A stretch of DNA of 34,629 nucleotides, from assembly GCA_964398895.1 (NCBI GenBank), contig CAYNPF010000003.1:1-34629 (forward strand), written 5' to 3'. The translations under genes and the position numbers were made by a program. The DNA is from an uncultured bacterium. Its GTDB lineage: Bacteria; Eisenbacteria; RBG-16-71-46. The notes beneath the pieces were generated by a model, which worked only from the letters and a program-made list of their open reading frames with translations, had not been told where the DNA came from and did not search any database. Below, piece after piece: positions 25,110-32,807 of the stretch. Each line of letters opens with the position of its first letter. The first letter of the stretch is position 1.

Positions 25110-28013
25110 CTACCGCGCGGGCGCCTCCGCCGAGTGCACTTCCAGCCACTGCACGCCCGCCGCCCACACGTCGGGATCGAGCGAGGCCAGGTGCTCGTGG
25201 CGGTGGCGATGACAGGTCATGACGATGACCTGGTGGTCGCGCCCGAGCTGTTCGATGAGCGTGCGCATGCCGGCGCGCGCGCGCTCGTCGTCGCTGTTGG
25301 CGAAGACGTCGTCGCACAGCAGCGGCAGCGTGTCGCCGGGCTTCGACAGGAACTCGCTCAGCCCCAGCCGCACCGCCAGGTGGAGCTGGTCGCGCGCGCC
25401 GGCCGAGAGCTGGAGCAGCGCCTTGCCCCGCGCCACCCGCTGGCCGCCCGGCAGCCCGATCGAGAAGTCGAGATCGTCACCGAAGCGCACCTGCTCGAGC
25501 TGCGAGCCCATGGCGCTCAGCAGCTCGCCCACGCGCCGGGTGAGGAAATCGGCCCAGCGCTTGTGGGTCTCGAGCGCCACCTCCTGGATCGTGACCACCG
25601 CCAGCTCGATGCTGCGCTTGAAGCGCCGCGCCCGCTCCAGCGCCCGCTCGATGCGTTCCTGCTCGGCCAGCAGCTCGGGCTCCTGCGCCGCCGCGCGCCG
25701 CACGACCTCGTCCACCTGCTGGCGCAGGTCGCCGCGCTTGCGCTGCACCAGCTCGATCAGCTCGCGCTGGTGGCGCACCTCGCGGTCCAGCTCGAGCAGC
25801 GGCCGCGGCATCGCCGGGACCGGTCGCTCGGCGGGGGCGGTGCCCGTCTCGGCCGCCAGCGCCGCGAGCTGCGCCTCGAGATCGGCCACCTCGGCCGCCG
25901 GCGGCAGCCGGCGCTCGGCCTGCGGGATCAGCTCGTCGGTGAGCAGCGTCAGCCGCGCGCGCGCCCGCGTCCGCTCGGCCAGCTCGCGCACCTGATCGGC
26001 CCAGGGGCGCGCCGGGTCGCGGGTCAGTCCGGCCTGGGCGAGGATGCCGGCCGCCCGCTCCTCCAGCGCCGCCACCGCCGCCTCGTCGCGGCGCTTCTCC
26101 TCGTCCACCCACGACCAGCTCTGCTCCAGCTCCTCCAGGCTCCGGCGCAGGACGAGGCGGTGGCGGATGCCGGCGGCCACGGTCTCGAGGTACGCGGGCT
26201 CCGGCGGTCCGCCGCCGGCCCGCTCCAGCCAACCGCGCACGTCCTCGAGCACCGCGTCGCGCCGGGCGGCGAGCTGCCCGAGCTGCTCCTGCGCGCGCTC
26301 GACCGGCGCCGACTCGTCCTGCAGGCGGCGGTACTCGTTCCAGTCGCGCATCAGGTCCACGGCGCCGCGGTAGCCCATGGTCCGGGCCAGCTCCTCGAGC
26401 CCCAGCTCGCTCTCGGCCCGCTGCGTGCGCAGCGTGTTGAGCTGCCGGTTCGCCTCGCTGAGCTGCCTCAGCGCGTGTTCGCGGTCGCCGCGCCGCGCCC
26501 CCTCGCCCAGCGCCGCCAGGCCGATGCCGAGCAGGCCGAGCACCATGCCGCCGATCAACAGCCCGGCGCCGATCATCAGGTCGCCCTGCAACCCCAGCAC
26601 CACGCCGCCGGCGATCGCGCCGGCCACCCCCAGCGCGGCGAGGAACCAGCCGGGCAGCTTGCGCACGGCGCGCACGGCGTCCACCTGTCGCAGGTTCTCG
26701 GTGTTCGCGGTGCGCACCTGCTCCAGCTCGGCGATCTGCGTCTGGAAGGTCAGCGCCAGCGCCGACTGCCCGGCCAGCAGGCCCTCGCGCTCCGCGTCGA
26801 GTTCGCCGAAGCGCCGGCCCAGCTCCTCCACGCGCGCCGGCTCGAAGCCGCGCTCGCCCAGGGTGCGGCGCAGGTCGGCCAGCGTGGCCTCGGCCTGCTC
26901 CAGCTCCGCCGCCAGCCGGCGCAGCTCCGCGGCCAACGCCACCAGCCGGTCCGCGTCGTCACCGTCGCAGTCGGCGTAAGCGGCGAGGCCGGAGAGCGTC
27001 GCTTCGATCTCGCCGCGGCGGCGGGTCTGTTCGTCGTGGCGGCGGGCCTCGCGCGTCTCGAGGTTGCGCCCGGCCGCCTCGAGCTGGGCCAGCGTCTCGC
27101 GCAGCTCCGCCTCGGCGCCCGCCGACAGCCGCGCGTACGGCGCCAGCGTCTCGGCCTCCGCCCGCAGCTCCGCCAGCGCCGCGCTCGCCGCGCGGCACTC
27201 GTTCAGCCGGCGCCGCAGCTCCGTGGCGTTCATCGCGCGCCGCTCGGCCTCGAGCGCGGCGATGGCGTCGCGCGCCGCCTGCTCCTCGGCGCCCAGCTCG
27301 GCGAGCCGGGCCAGCGGCTCGGCCGCCTGCTGCCGGTCGTGCGCCAGCGTCGCCAGGTCGGTCGCCAGCGTCTCGCGCTTGAGCTCGAGACGGGAGATCG
27401 CGTTCTCGACCGTGCCGGTGAACGTGACCTCGTCGGTGGTGTAGCGGCGCAACGCCGTCTGCAGCACCTGCACCGCCTCGGCGGAGCTGGTGTCGCCGCC
27501 GCGCGTGTCGGCGGCGCTCTCCAGCCGCGCCTGCAGGGTGCCGGCCCGGCGCGCCCGCTCGTCGCCCGGGACGACCAGGTCGAGCTCGCCCTGCCGCACC
27601 AGCGCGCACTTCTCGAACTCGACGGCGTCGAGCCCGAGCAGCTTCTTGCCCACCGGGAACTCGTCGCGCCCCTCGCGGAAGGCGGCCGTGACCTCGAGCC
27701 CACGCTCGTTCCACACCTCGACGGTGCCGCGCTCGAAGTCGCGCTTGACCGTGTAGGTCTCGCCGTCGGCCTGCAGGTCCAGCTCGACGCGGTAGCTGCC
27801 GCCGTCCCACGGGCGCCAGCGCTCGAGCGGGGTGAGCACCTTGTGGCTGCGGCGGTCGCCCTCGAGCCCGTAGAGCGCGGCGACGATGGCCGCCAGCAGG
27901 CTCGACTTGCCGGTCTCGTTGCGGTCCACCACCAGCGTGATGCGGCCGGGGCTGAAGCGGTACTCGCCGCGCAACGGCCCGAAGCCGTCCACCTTGAGGC
28001 GCGCGATCCTCAC
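25110..28013 (-). CDS. SMC/SbcC-like AAA ATPase with central transmembrane hairpin (YhaN-like)
   Basis: The GTG at 28013 overlaps the upstream TGA (GTGA). Walker A is DRNETGKSSLL, the ABC signature is LSAGARDQLHLAVRL, and Walker B/D-loop is LPLLCDDVFANSDD. Long Ala/Glu/Arg/Leu coiled-coil arms are interrupted at aa 453-503 by LPGWFLAALGVAGAIAGGVVLG...IGAGLLIGGMVLGLLGIGLAALG. Confidence 0.85.
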   Translation of the reverse strand: MRIARLKVDGFGPLRGEYRFSPGRITLVVDRNETGKSSLLAAIVAALYGLEGDRRSHKVLTPLERWRPWDGGSYRVELDLQADGETYTVKRDFERGTVEVWNERGLEVTAAFREGRDEFPVGKKLLGLDAVEFEKCALVRQGELDLVVPGDERARRAGTLQARLESAADTRGGDTSSAEAVQVLQTALRRYTTDEVTFTGTVENAISRLELKRETLATDLATLAHDRQQAAEPLARLAELGAEEQAARDAIAALEAERRAMNATELRRRLNECRAASAALAELRAEAETLAPYARLSAGAEAELRETLAQLEAAGRNLETREARRHDEQTRRRGEIEATLSGLAAYADCDGDDADRLVALAAELRRLAAELEQAEATLADLRRTLGERGFEPARVEELGRRFGELDAEREGLLAGQSALALTFQTQIAELEQVRTANTENLRQVDAVRAVRKLPGWFLAALGVAGAIAGGVVLGLQGDLMIGAGLLIGGMVLGLLGIGLAALGEGARRGDREHALRQLSEANRQLNTLRTQRAESELGLEELARTMGYRGAVDLMRDWNEYRRLQDESAPVERAQEQLGQLAARRDAVLEDVRGWLERAGGGPPEPAYLETVAAGIRHRLVLRRSLEELEQSWSWVDEEKRRDEAAVAALEERAAGILAQAGLTRDPARPWADQVRELAERTRARARLTLLTDELIPQAERRLPPAAEVADLEAQLAALAAETGTAPAERPVPAMPRPLLELDREVRHQRELIELVQRKRGDLRQQVDEVVRRAAAQEPELLAEQERIERALERARRFKRSIELAVVTIQEVALETHKRWADFLTRRVGELLSAMGSQLEQVRFGDDLDFSIGLPGGQRVARGKALLQLSAGARDQLHLAVRLGLSEFLSKPGDTLPLLCDDVFANSDDERARAGMRTLIEQLGRDHQVIVMTCHRHRHEHLASLDPDVWAAGVQWLEVHSAEAPAR

Positions 28014-29251
28014 GAGCCCAGCTCCTCGTAGGCCGGCACCACCTCGTGCAGGCGGAAGGCGTCGAGCCCGTAGAACAGCGCCGCCTCGAGATCGGCGCGG
28101 CGGGCCGGGTCGGTCTCGGCGTCCATCCGCTCGAGCAGGGCACGGGCGAAGCGGTCCTCGGTGGTCACCGCGTCGCCGGCGCGCAGCGCGGCGAGATCGT
28201 AGTCGGGACGCACGGCGCGGGCGTCGAGGCGCACGTGGAAGGCGCGCGGCCGCAGCTCGGGACCCGGCGCCGCGTAGCGGACGCCGCGCAGCAGCCGCCC
28301 GGTCAGGCGCACGGAGAGGATGTCGGGATCGCCGGCCCCGGCCTGGTCGAGCGCGCGCAGGATGCGGCGGTCCACCTGCTCGGGCGCGGTCGCGCCGGTC
28401 ACGTCCACGGTCAGCTCGTAGACCCGGCGGCGGTCGAGCTCGACGAACTCGGTCTCGATCCGAGGCCGGGGACCCGCGGCGGCCGTCGCCGGATCGGTGG
28501 TCAGCCGCACCTCGAGCGCGCCGTGCCGGCCGGTCTCGCTCACGTCCAGGGCGATCGCCCCCCCGGCGTTCGCCAGCCGCGGACCGCCGCCCGGCTCCTC
28601 GAGCTGGTGCGGCACGTGCACGTGGCCCACCGCGAGGTAGTCGAACGGCGAGGCCAGCACCTCGGCGTCGGAGAACGGCGCCACCGGGTCCTCGCCCGGC
28701 GGCAGGAAGCCCTCGCGCGAGCCGTGGAAGACGGCGACGTTGATGCCGCTGCCCGCGATCGCGGTCAGCGGCGCGAGCGACTCGGCGGCCAGCGGCCGCA
28801 CCGCCGAGGCCACGCCCTGGATCGAGCAGCGGCCCCAGACGGTCACGTCGTCCACGCCCGAGAGCGACACCGGCGTCCAGGACGGCGAGTTGAAGATGCA
28901 CACGTGCGGCGGCCAGGCGAAACCGCGCGCCTTGAGCAGCACCCGGTCCCAGTTGGCGCTCGACGGTGACCACGGGTCGTGGTTGCCGGGGGCGATGAAG
29001 ACCGGCGGACAACCGGTGACGCCGAAGGCATGCACGGCGAAGGCCAGGGTCTCGGCGTCCACGTAGTCGAGGTCGAACAGATCGCCGGGCACCAGGATGG
29101 CGTGGACCCCGCGCTCGATGGCCTGACGCACGGCCAGGTCGAGGGCGCGCCGCTGGTCGCTGCGCCGGTCGGCGCGGCGGTCCGGCGGCAGCCAACCGAA
29201 GGGGCGGCCGAGGTGCAGATCGGAGATCTGGAGGAAGCGGATGACGGCCAT
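28010..29251 (-). CDS. Calcineurin-like metallophosphoesterase, SbcD/Mre11-like nuclease subunit (YhaO-like)
   Basis: The ATG at 29251 gives MAVIRFLQISDLHLG (DxH). Further motifs are PGDLFD (GD), APGNHDPW (GNHD) and AVGHVHVPH (GHxH). It is translationally coupled to the ATPase gene. Confidence 0.85.
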   Translation of the reverse strand: MAVIRFLQISDLHLGRPFGWLPPDRRADRRSDQRRALDLAVRQAIERGVHAILVPGDLFDLDYVDAETLAFAVHAFGVTGCPPVFIAPGNHDPWSPSSANWDRVLLKARGFAWPPHVCIFNSPSWTPVSLSGVDDVTVWGRCSIQGVASAVRPLAAESLAPLTAIAGSGINVAVFHGSREGFLPPGEDPVAPFSDAEVLASPFDYLAVGHVHVPHQLEEPGGGPRLANAGGAIALDVSETGRHGALEVRLTTDPATAAAGPRPRIETEFVELDRRRVYELTVDVTGATAPEQVDRRILRALDQAGAGDPDILSVRLTGRLLRGVRYAAPGPELRPRAFHVRLDARAVRPDYDLAALRAGDAVTTEDRFARALLERMDAETDPARRADLEAALFYGLDAFRLHEVVPAYEELGS

Positions 29252-29405
29252 GCGCAGCGGACTCCCTATCCGTGACGATGCCCGGTCCCGACTCGGCGGG
29301 GTGTCGTGCGTGGCGGACCGGTGGCCCACGTTAGCAGGAAGCCACGCCGACGGGCAAAGCTCCAGGGACGCGGACCCCGGGCGATTGCCCGCCCGGACGA
29401 ACCCA

Positions 29406-29425
29406 CCAGCCCGGACTATTCATGA
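29406..29425. repeat. Left arm of a 20-nt inverted repeat in the divergent intergenic region
   Basis: CCAGCCCGGACTATTCATGA. Its reverse complement TCATGAATAGTCCGGGCTGG matches 29571-29590 at 18 of 20 positions. Confidence 0.7.
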
Positions 29426-29563
29426 GCCCGCGCCTGCGGACGCGGTCTGGCCGCAGATGACGGCGTCGTGCGACGTGGCCGCTCCTCGACGGGGTGCCAG
29501 ACCCCGACTGCGTCGCGGCCACGCCGTACTCCTTGTCCTCTGCGGCCATCCCACATCCTCGGC

Positions 29564-29592
29564 TTGCGGTTCATGAATAGCCCGGGCTAGGC
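29564..29592 (+). promoter_or_regulatory. Putative sigma70-type promoter (TTGCGG-N17-TAGGCT), short-leader or leaderless transcript for the TPR-like gene
   Basis: The hexamers and spacing were read from the sequence. The ATG at 29605 is 12 nt past the -10 and has no Shine-Dalgarno (the preceding sequence is CTCCTCC). Confidence 0.3.
29571..29590. repeat. Right arm of the 20-nt inverted repeat
   Basis: TCATGAATAGCCCGGGCTAG. It contains the AT-rich palindrome TTCATGAA and overlaps the putative promoter of the downstream gene. Confidence 0.7.
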
Positions 29593-29604
29593 TGCTCCTC
29601 CGTC

Positions 29605-30339
29605 ATGACCGCCCCGGCCGTCCATCCGGTCGCCGAGATCGAGCGCCGCCTGCAGTGGCGCTGGCTCGGCCTCGTCGGCTTCGTCGTACTCATCCTCTCC
29701 CTCACCGTCCTCGCGGTGATCTGGGTGATGGTGCCGCCACGGCGGGTCGCCGGCCTGCCCGCCGACGCCGGAGTCCGCGCGCTGGCCGCGACGCTGCAGG
29801 GCCGCGTGCCGATGCGGTCCGGGGACCTGCGCTTCCGCTCGGCGCTGACCGGCGAGGCGCCGCCGGATGCCCGCTTCGGCGCCGCCGAGACCCGACTCGT
29901 CGAGGAGGCGGATGCCGTGCTGCGCGCCGCCGCCGAGCGGCGGCGCGGCGATCCGCGCCTCGAGGTGGCCCTCGCCCACCTCGATCTCGCGCGCCGGCGC
30001 CACGCGGAGGCCGAGCGACGCTACCGCGCGGTGACCGAGCACGGCGCCGACGCGCCCGAGGCCCGGCTGGGCCTGGGCGTGGCGCTGGCGCTGCAGGCCG
30101 CCATCCAGCGCGACGGGCTGCGGGCGCGCGGTCAGCGCCTCGAGGCCCTGGCGCAGTTCGTGGCGGTGGACCGCGACGACCCGGCCTACGCGGTCGCGCT
30201 CTACGACCGCGCGCTGCTGCTGCTCGAGCTGGGCCGCACCGCCGAGGCGACGGCGGCCGCGCGCGCGTACCTCGTCGCCGATCCGTCGGGACCGTGGGCG
30301 CAGCGGCTGCGCGCCGCCCTGGCCGGCGACGCGCCCTGA
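29605..30339 (+). CDS. Membrane-anchored TPR-like repeat protein (hypothetical)
   Basis: N-terminal TM segment WLGLVGFVVLILSLTVLAVIWVMV, followed by Ala/Arg/Leu-rich helical repeats (LEVALAHLDLARRRHAEAERRYRAV; AYAVALYDRALLLLELGRTAEA). Confidence 0.55.
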   Translation: MTAPAVHPVAEIERRLQWRWLGLVGFVVLILSLTVLAVIWVMVPPRRVAGLPADAGVRALAATLQGRVPMRSGDLRFRSALTGEAPPDARFGAAETRLVEEADAVLRAAAERRRGDPRLEVALAHLDLARRRHAEAERRYRAVTEHGADAPEARLGLGVALALQAAIQRDGLRARGQRLEALAQFVAVDRDDPAYAVALYDRALLLLELGRTAEATAAARAYLVADPSGPWAQRLRAALAGDAP

Positions 30340-30366
30340 GACGACCGCGCGACGCGGGCGGCCGCC

Positions 30367-32775
30367 TCAGGGCTCCGCGTCGGCATCCATCCAGTAGAGC
30401 GGGGTTCCCGGCTCCGGCAGGCGCGCGCTCTGCGTCCACGCTTCGCGCACCAGGGCGCCGACGGCGCGCTCGATCAGCCCGCCGGGCGGCCGGCGGAACT
30501 CGAGCGGGCGGATCCGCTCCCCCGCCGGCACGCCGGCGCGGCGCCGCGCCTCGGCCAGCGCCGACTCGAGTCCGCCGATCTCGTCCACCAGCTTCCGCTC
30601 CCGCGCGTCCTCGCCCATCCACACGCGCCCCTGCGCCACCGCGTCCACCGCGTCCGGGGACAGGCCGCGGTCGGCGGCGACCAGCGCGACGAAGCGGTGG
30701 TAGAAGCGCAGCGTGGCCGAGTCGGCCGCCGCCTGCTCGGCCGGCGTCCAGTCGTGGTGGAACGACCAGCCGCGCATCCAATCGCCGCGGCCGAAGTCCT
30801 CCTGGCGCACACCGTGCTGCCGCCAGAAGCCCTCGAGCGAGGGCTTGATCGTGACCACGCCGATCGAGCCGGTGCGGGTGAAACGATCGGCGTAGATGCG
30901 GTCGGCCCCGGCGGCGATGTAGTAGCCGCCGCTGCCGGCCACGCCGCCCATCGAGACCACGAACGGCTTGCCGGTCTCGCGCTTGAGCCGCAGCGTGGCG
31001 TGGTGGATGAGGTCGGAGGCCAGCGCCGAGCCGCCGGGGCTCTCGACCCGCAGCACCACCGCCTTGACCTCGCTGCGCCGGAAGGCGCGCTCGAGCTGCT
31101 CGATCAGCGTCGTCGAGCCGAGCGAGGGACCGATCAGCAGGTCGCCACCGCTGCGCCCGGTCTCGATGCCGCCCGCGGCGTAGACGATCGCCACCGGCGA
31201 GGGCAGCATCCACTCGCGCCGCGCCGCCGGGCAGCGGGGCAGCCGTGCGGTGTGCGGCTCGTCGCCCAGGCCGCACAGGCGGCCGAGCAGGGCCATCGCG
31301 TCCTCGCGGTAGCCGGTGGAGTCCACCAGGCCGGCGGCGGCCAGGTCCTCGGCCCGCCACGGCCGGCCGTCGAGGAAGCCGAGCACGCGGTCGCGCTCCA
31401 GCCGCCGATCGGCGCACAGCGCGTCCACGAACAGGTCCTGGCTCACCTCGAGGTTGCGCTCGATCGCCTCGCGGTCGGCGGGTGGGGTCGAGTCCACGCT
31501 GAAGCCGCGGTAGGCGGACTTGTACTTCCCGTACGCCGTGCGATCCACGCGGATCCCGAGGCCGGCGAGCAGGCCGCGGTAGGAGCGTCGTTCGGTGTAG
31601 AGGCCAAGGCCCTGCGGAACGGCCTCGGGGGCCATGACGATGCGATCGCAGGCGGCGGCCAGGTAGAGGTCGGGCCGCGCCGCGCCGTACTCGAGGAAGG
31701 CCACCACCGGCTTGCCGGCGCGGCGCAGCCGCTCGATCCGCGGCCGCAGCTCCTCGATCTGCGCCAGGTTGCCGACGCCGCGGATGTCGAGCAGGACGCC
31801 GCGGGTGAGCGGATCCTCGAGCGCGCGCTCGAGCTGCTCGTGCAGCGGCTTCGCCGGGACGAAGTCGGTGGCGCCGAAGACCGAGACGCCGGCCAGGGCG
31901 TCGTCGCCGAGCGCACCCGCCACCGGCAGCAGCGCCACCCGCGCCTGGGCGCGGCTGGCCAGCAGCGTGCGCTCCTCGCCGGAGTGCAGCGCCACGGTCG
32001 CCCCCGACGAACCGTGCGGCGTGCCCGAGCCGCGCAGGCCCGCCACCGTGTGGTCGACGCCGCGCAGCGTGAGTCCGAGGAAGACACCGCCGTGATCGGC
32101 CAGCGCCCCGCGCACCAGCACGCCCGGCAGCACCTCGAGCTCGCCGCCCACGCGCACGCGCGCCGCCTCGCGCGTCACCCCCTCGGCCAGCGCCAGGTCG
32201 GCGCCCAGCGTCAGCCGCGTACCCCAGCCGTGCGCCCGCGCCGGATCGAGCGCCAGCGGACGCACTCCCGCCGCCAGTGTCCACGTGCGCTCGCAACGCA
32301 CGCCGGCCAGCGTGGGCTCGAACAGATGATCGGCCACCGCCGCGGTGGCCAGCCACGGCGCCGGATGGGCGAGCACGCCGAGTCGCTGGTCGGTGACGGC
32401 CCGGTGGGCGATGTCGTCCACCCGCCGCGTCACGCTCCAGCCCAGACGCACGCGCTCGCTCCCCGACGCCAGCGCGAGGCCGGTGGCGTGCGCGAGATCG
32501 CCGTCGCGCTCGTAGGACAGTCCGAGTCCACCCAGCGTCGCCGCCCAGCGCGTGAAGTCGGGACCGTTCTCGACGCCGGTCCACGAGCCCAGCAGCTCGG
32601 CCGGGTAGCGCTGGCCGACGCCGGCGGGGTTCGCGAACAGCGCGCCGGCGTCGTCGGTGGTGGCGGCGCCCTCGTGGCCGTAGAGCGGAGCCGGCAGAGA
32701 CGGCGCGGCGGCGGCCGGCGACGATCCGGCGGACACGGCGACGACGAGCGCGAGGGCGGCGGGCAGACGACGCAT
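30367..32775 (-). CDS. sppA: Signal peptide peptidase SppA (67K type, tandem ClpP/crotonase-fold domains) with extra N-terminal PorV-like beta-rich domain
   Basis: The ATG at 32775 has GGAG 9 nt upstream. The signal peptide is MRRLPAALALVVAVSAGSSPAAAA. The SppA halves are GKPVVAFLEYGAARPDLYLAAACDRIVMAP and GKPFVVSMGGVAGSGGYYIAAGADRIYA (nucleophile Ser context). The track ORF extension to 33978 runs out of frame through nth. Confidence 0.85.
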   Translation of the reverse strand: MRRLPAALALVVAVSAGSSPAAAAPSLPAPLYGHEGAATTDDAGALFANPAGVGQRYPAELLGSWTGVENGPDFTRWAATLGGLGLSYERDGDLAHATGLALASGSERVRLGWSVTRRVDDIAHRAVTDQRLGVLAHPAPWLATAAVADHLFEPTLAGVRCERTWTLAAGVRPLALDPARAHGWGTRLTLGADLALAEGVTREAARVRVGGELEVLPGVLVRGALADHGGVFLGLTLRGVDHTVAGLRGSGTPHGSSGATVALHSGEERTLLASRAQARVALLPVAGALGDDALAGVSVFGATDFVPAKPLHEQLERALEDPLTRGVLLDIRGVGNLAQIEELRPRIERLRRAGKPVVAFLEYGAARPDLYLAAACDRIVMAPEAVPQGLGLYTERRSYRGLLAGLGIRVDRTAYGKYKSAYRGFSVDSTPPADREAIERNLEVSQDLFVDALCADRRLERDRVLGFLDGRPWRAEDLAAAGLVDSTGYREDAMALLGRLCGLGDEPHTARLPRCPAARREWMLPSPVAIVYAAGGIETGRSGGDLLIGPSLGSTTLIEQLERAFRRSEVKAVVLRVESPGGSALASDLIHHATLRLKRETGKPFVVSMGGVAGSGGYYIAAGADRIYADRFTRTGSIGVVTIKPSLEGFWRQHGVRQEDFGRGDWMRGWSFHHDWTPAEQAAADSATLRFYHRFVALVAADRGLSPDAVDAVAQGRVWMGEDARERKLVDEIGGLESALAEARRRAGVPAGERIRPLEFRRPPGGLIERAVGALVREAWTQSARLPEPGTPLYWMDADAEP

Positions 32776-32807
32776 CGTGGGAATCTCCGGGCCGCGCCGC
32801 CGGGACG

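Noticed and set aside
25134-28031. A 965-aa plus-strand ORF mirroring the SMC-like ATPase gene.
   Set aside because: It is exactly antisense to a gene with Walker A/B and ABC signature motifs. Its own sequence is repetitive (LQ/RR/AA) and carries no motifs.
28014-29195. Upstream extensions of track ORFs that would fuse neighbouring genes: 25110-29195, 21621-23375, 30367-33978, 6679-8100, 15043-16251, 23884-25317 and 704-2164.
   Set aside because: The extended parts run out of frame through the upstream gene and translate to Arg/Pro-rich junk. Motif-bearing sequence begins at internal GTG/ATG starts that overlap or abut the upstream stop codon.
25110-29251. Possibility that the phosphoesterase/SMC-like ATPase pair is a phage-defence system (Lamassu-like or a similar SMC-based system).
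   Set aside because: The architecture matches the housekeeping-type SbcCD/YhaO-YhaN pattern. There is no effector domain, small third subunit, neighbouring defence genes or mobile-element context, so nothing in the sequence supports a defence role.
29331-29549. A 72-aa minus-strand ORF (MAAEDKEYGVAAT...) with GAGGA upstream, lying inside the inverted-repeat-bracketed intergenic region.
   Set aside because: The sequence is low in complexity and Arg/Gly-rich. Its third-position GC looks lower than in real genes here, it has no recognisable domain, and it crosses one repeat arm. I kept it only as part of the intergenic finding.
21550-29592. Recurrence of the hexamer TAGGCT as a possible shared -10 element (near 21560 minus strand, 25061-25066 minus strand, 29587-29592 plus strand).
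   Set aside because: At this base composition, roughly nine occurrences are expected by chance on the two strands of the window. The matching -35 elements are weak, except at 29564. Only that one is listed, at low confidence.
29702-32584. A 960-aa minus-strand ORF, together with the similar giants 11919-13997 (-), 16778-18901 (+), 17286-18968 (-) and 19777-21687 (+).
   Set aside because: All are out of frame with, or antisense to, well-supported genes (sppA, GNAT/amidase, protease, dsbD). All translate to Arg/Pro/Gly/Ala low-complexity strings.
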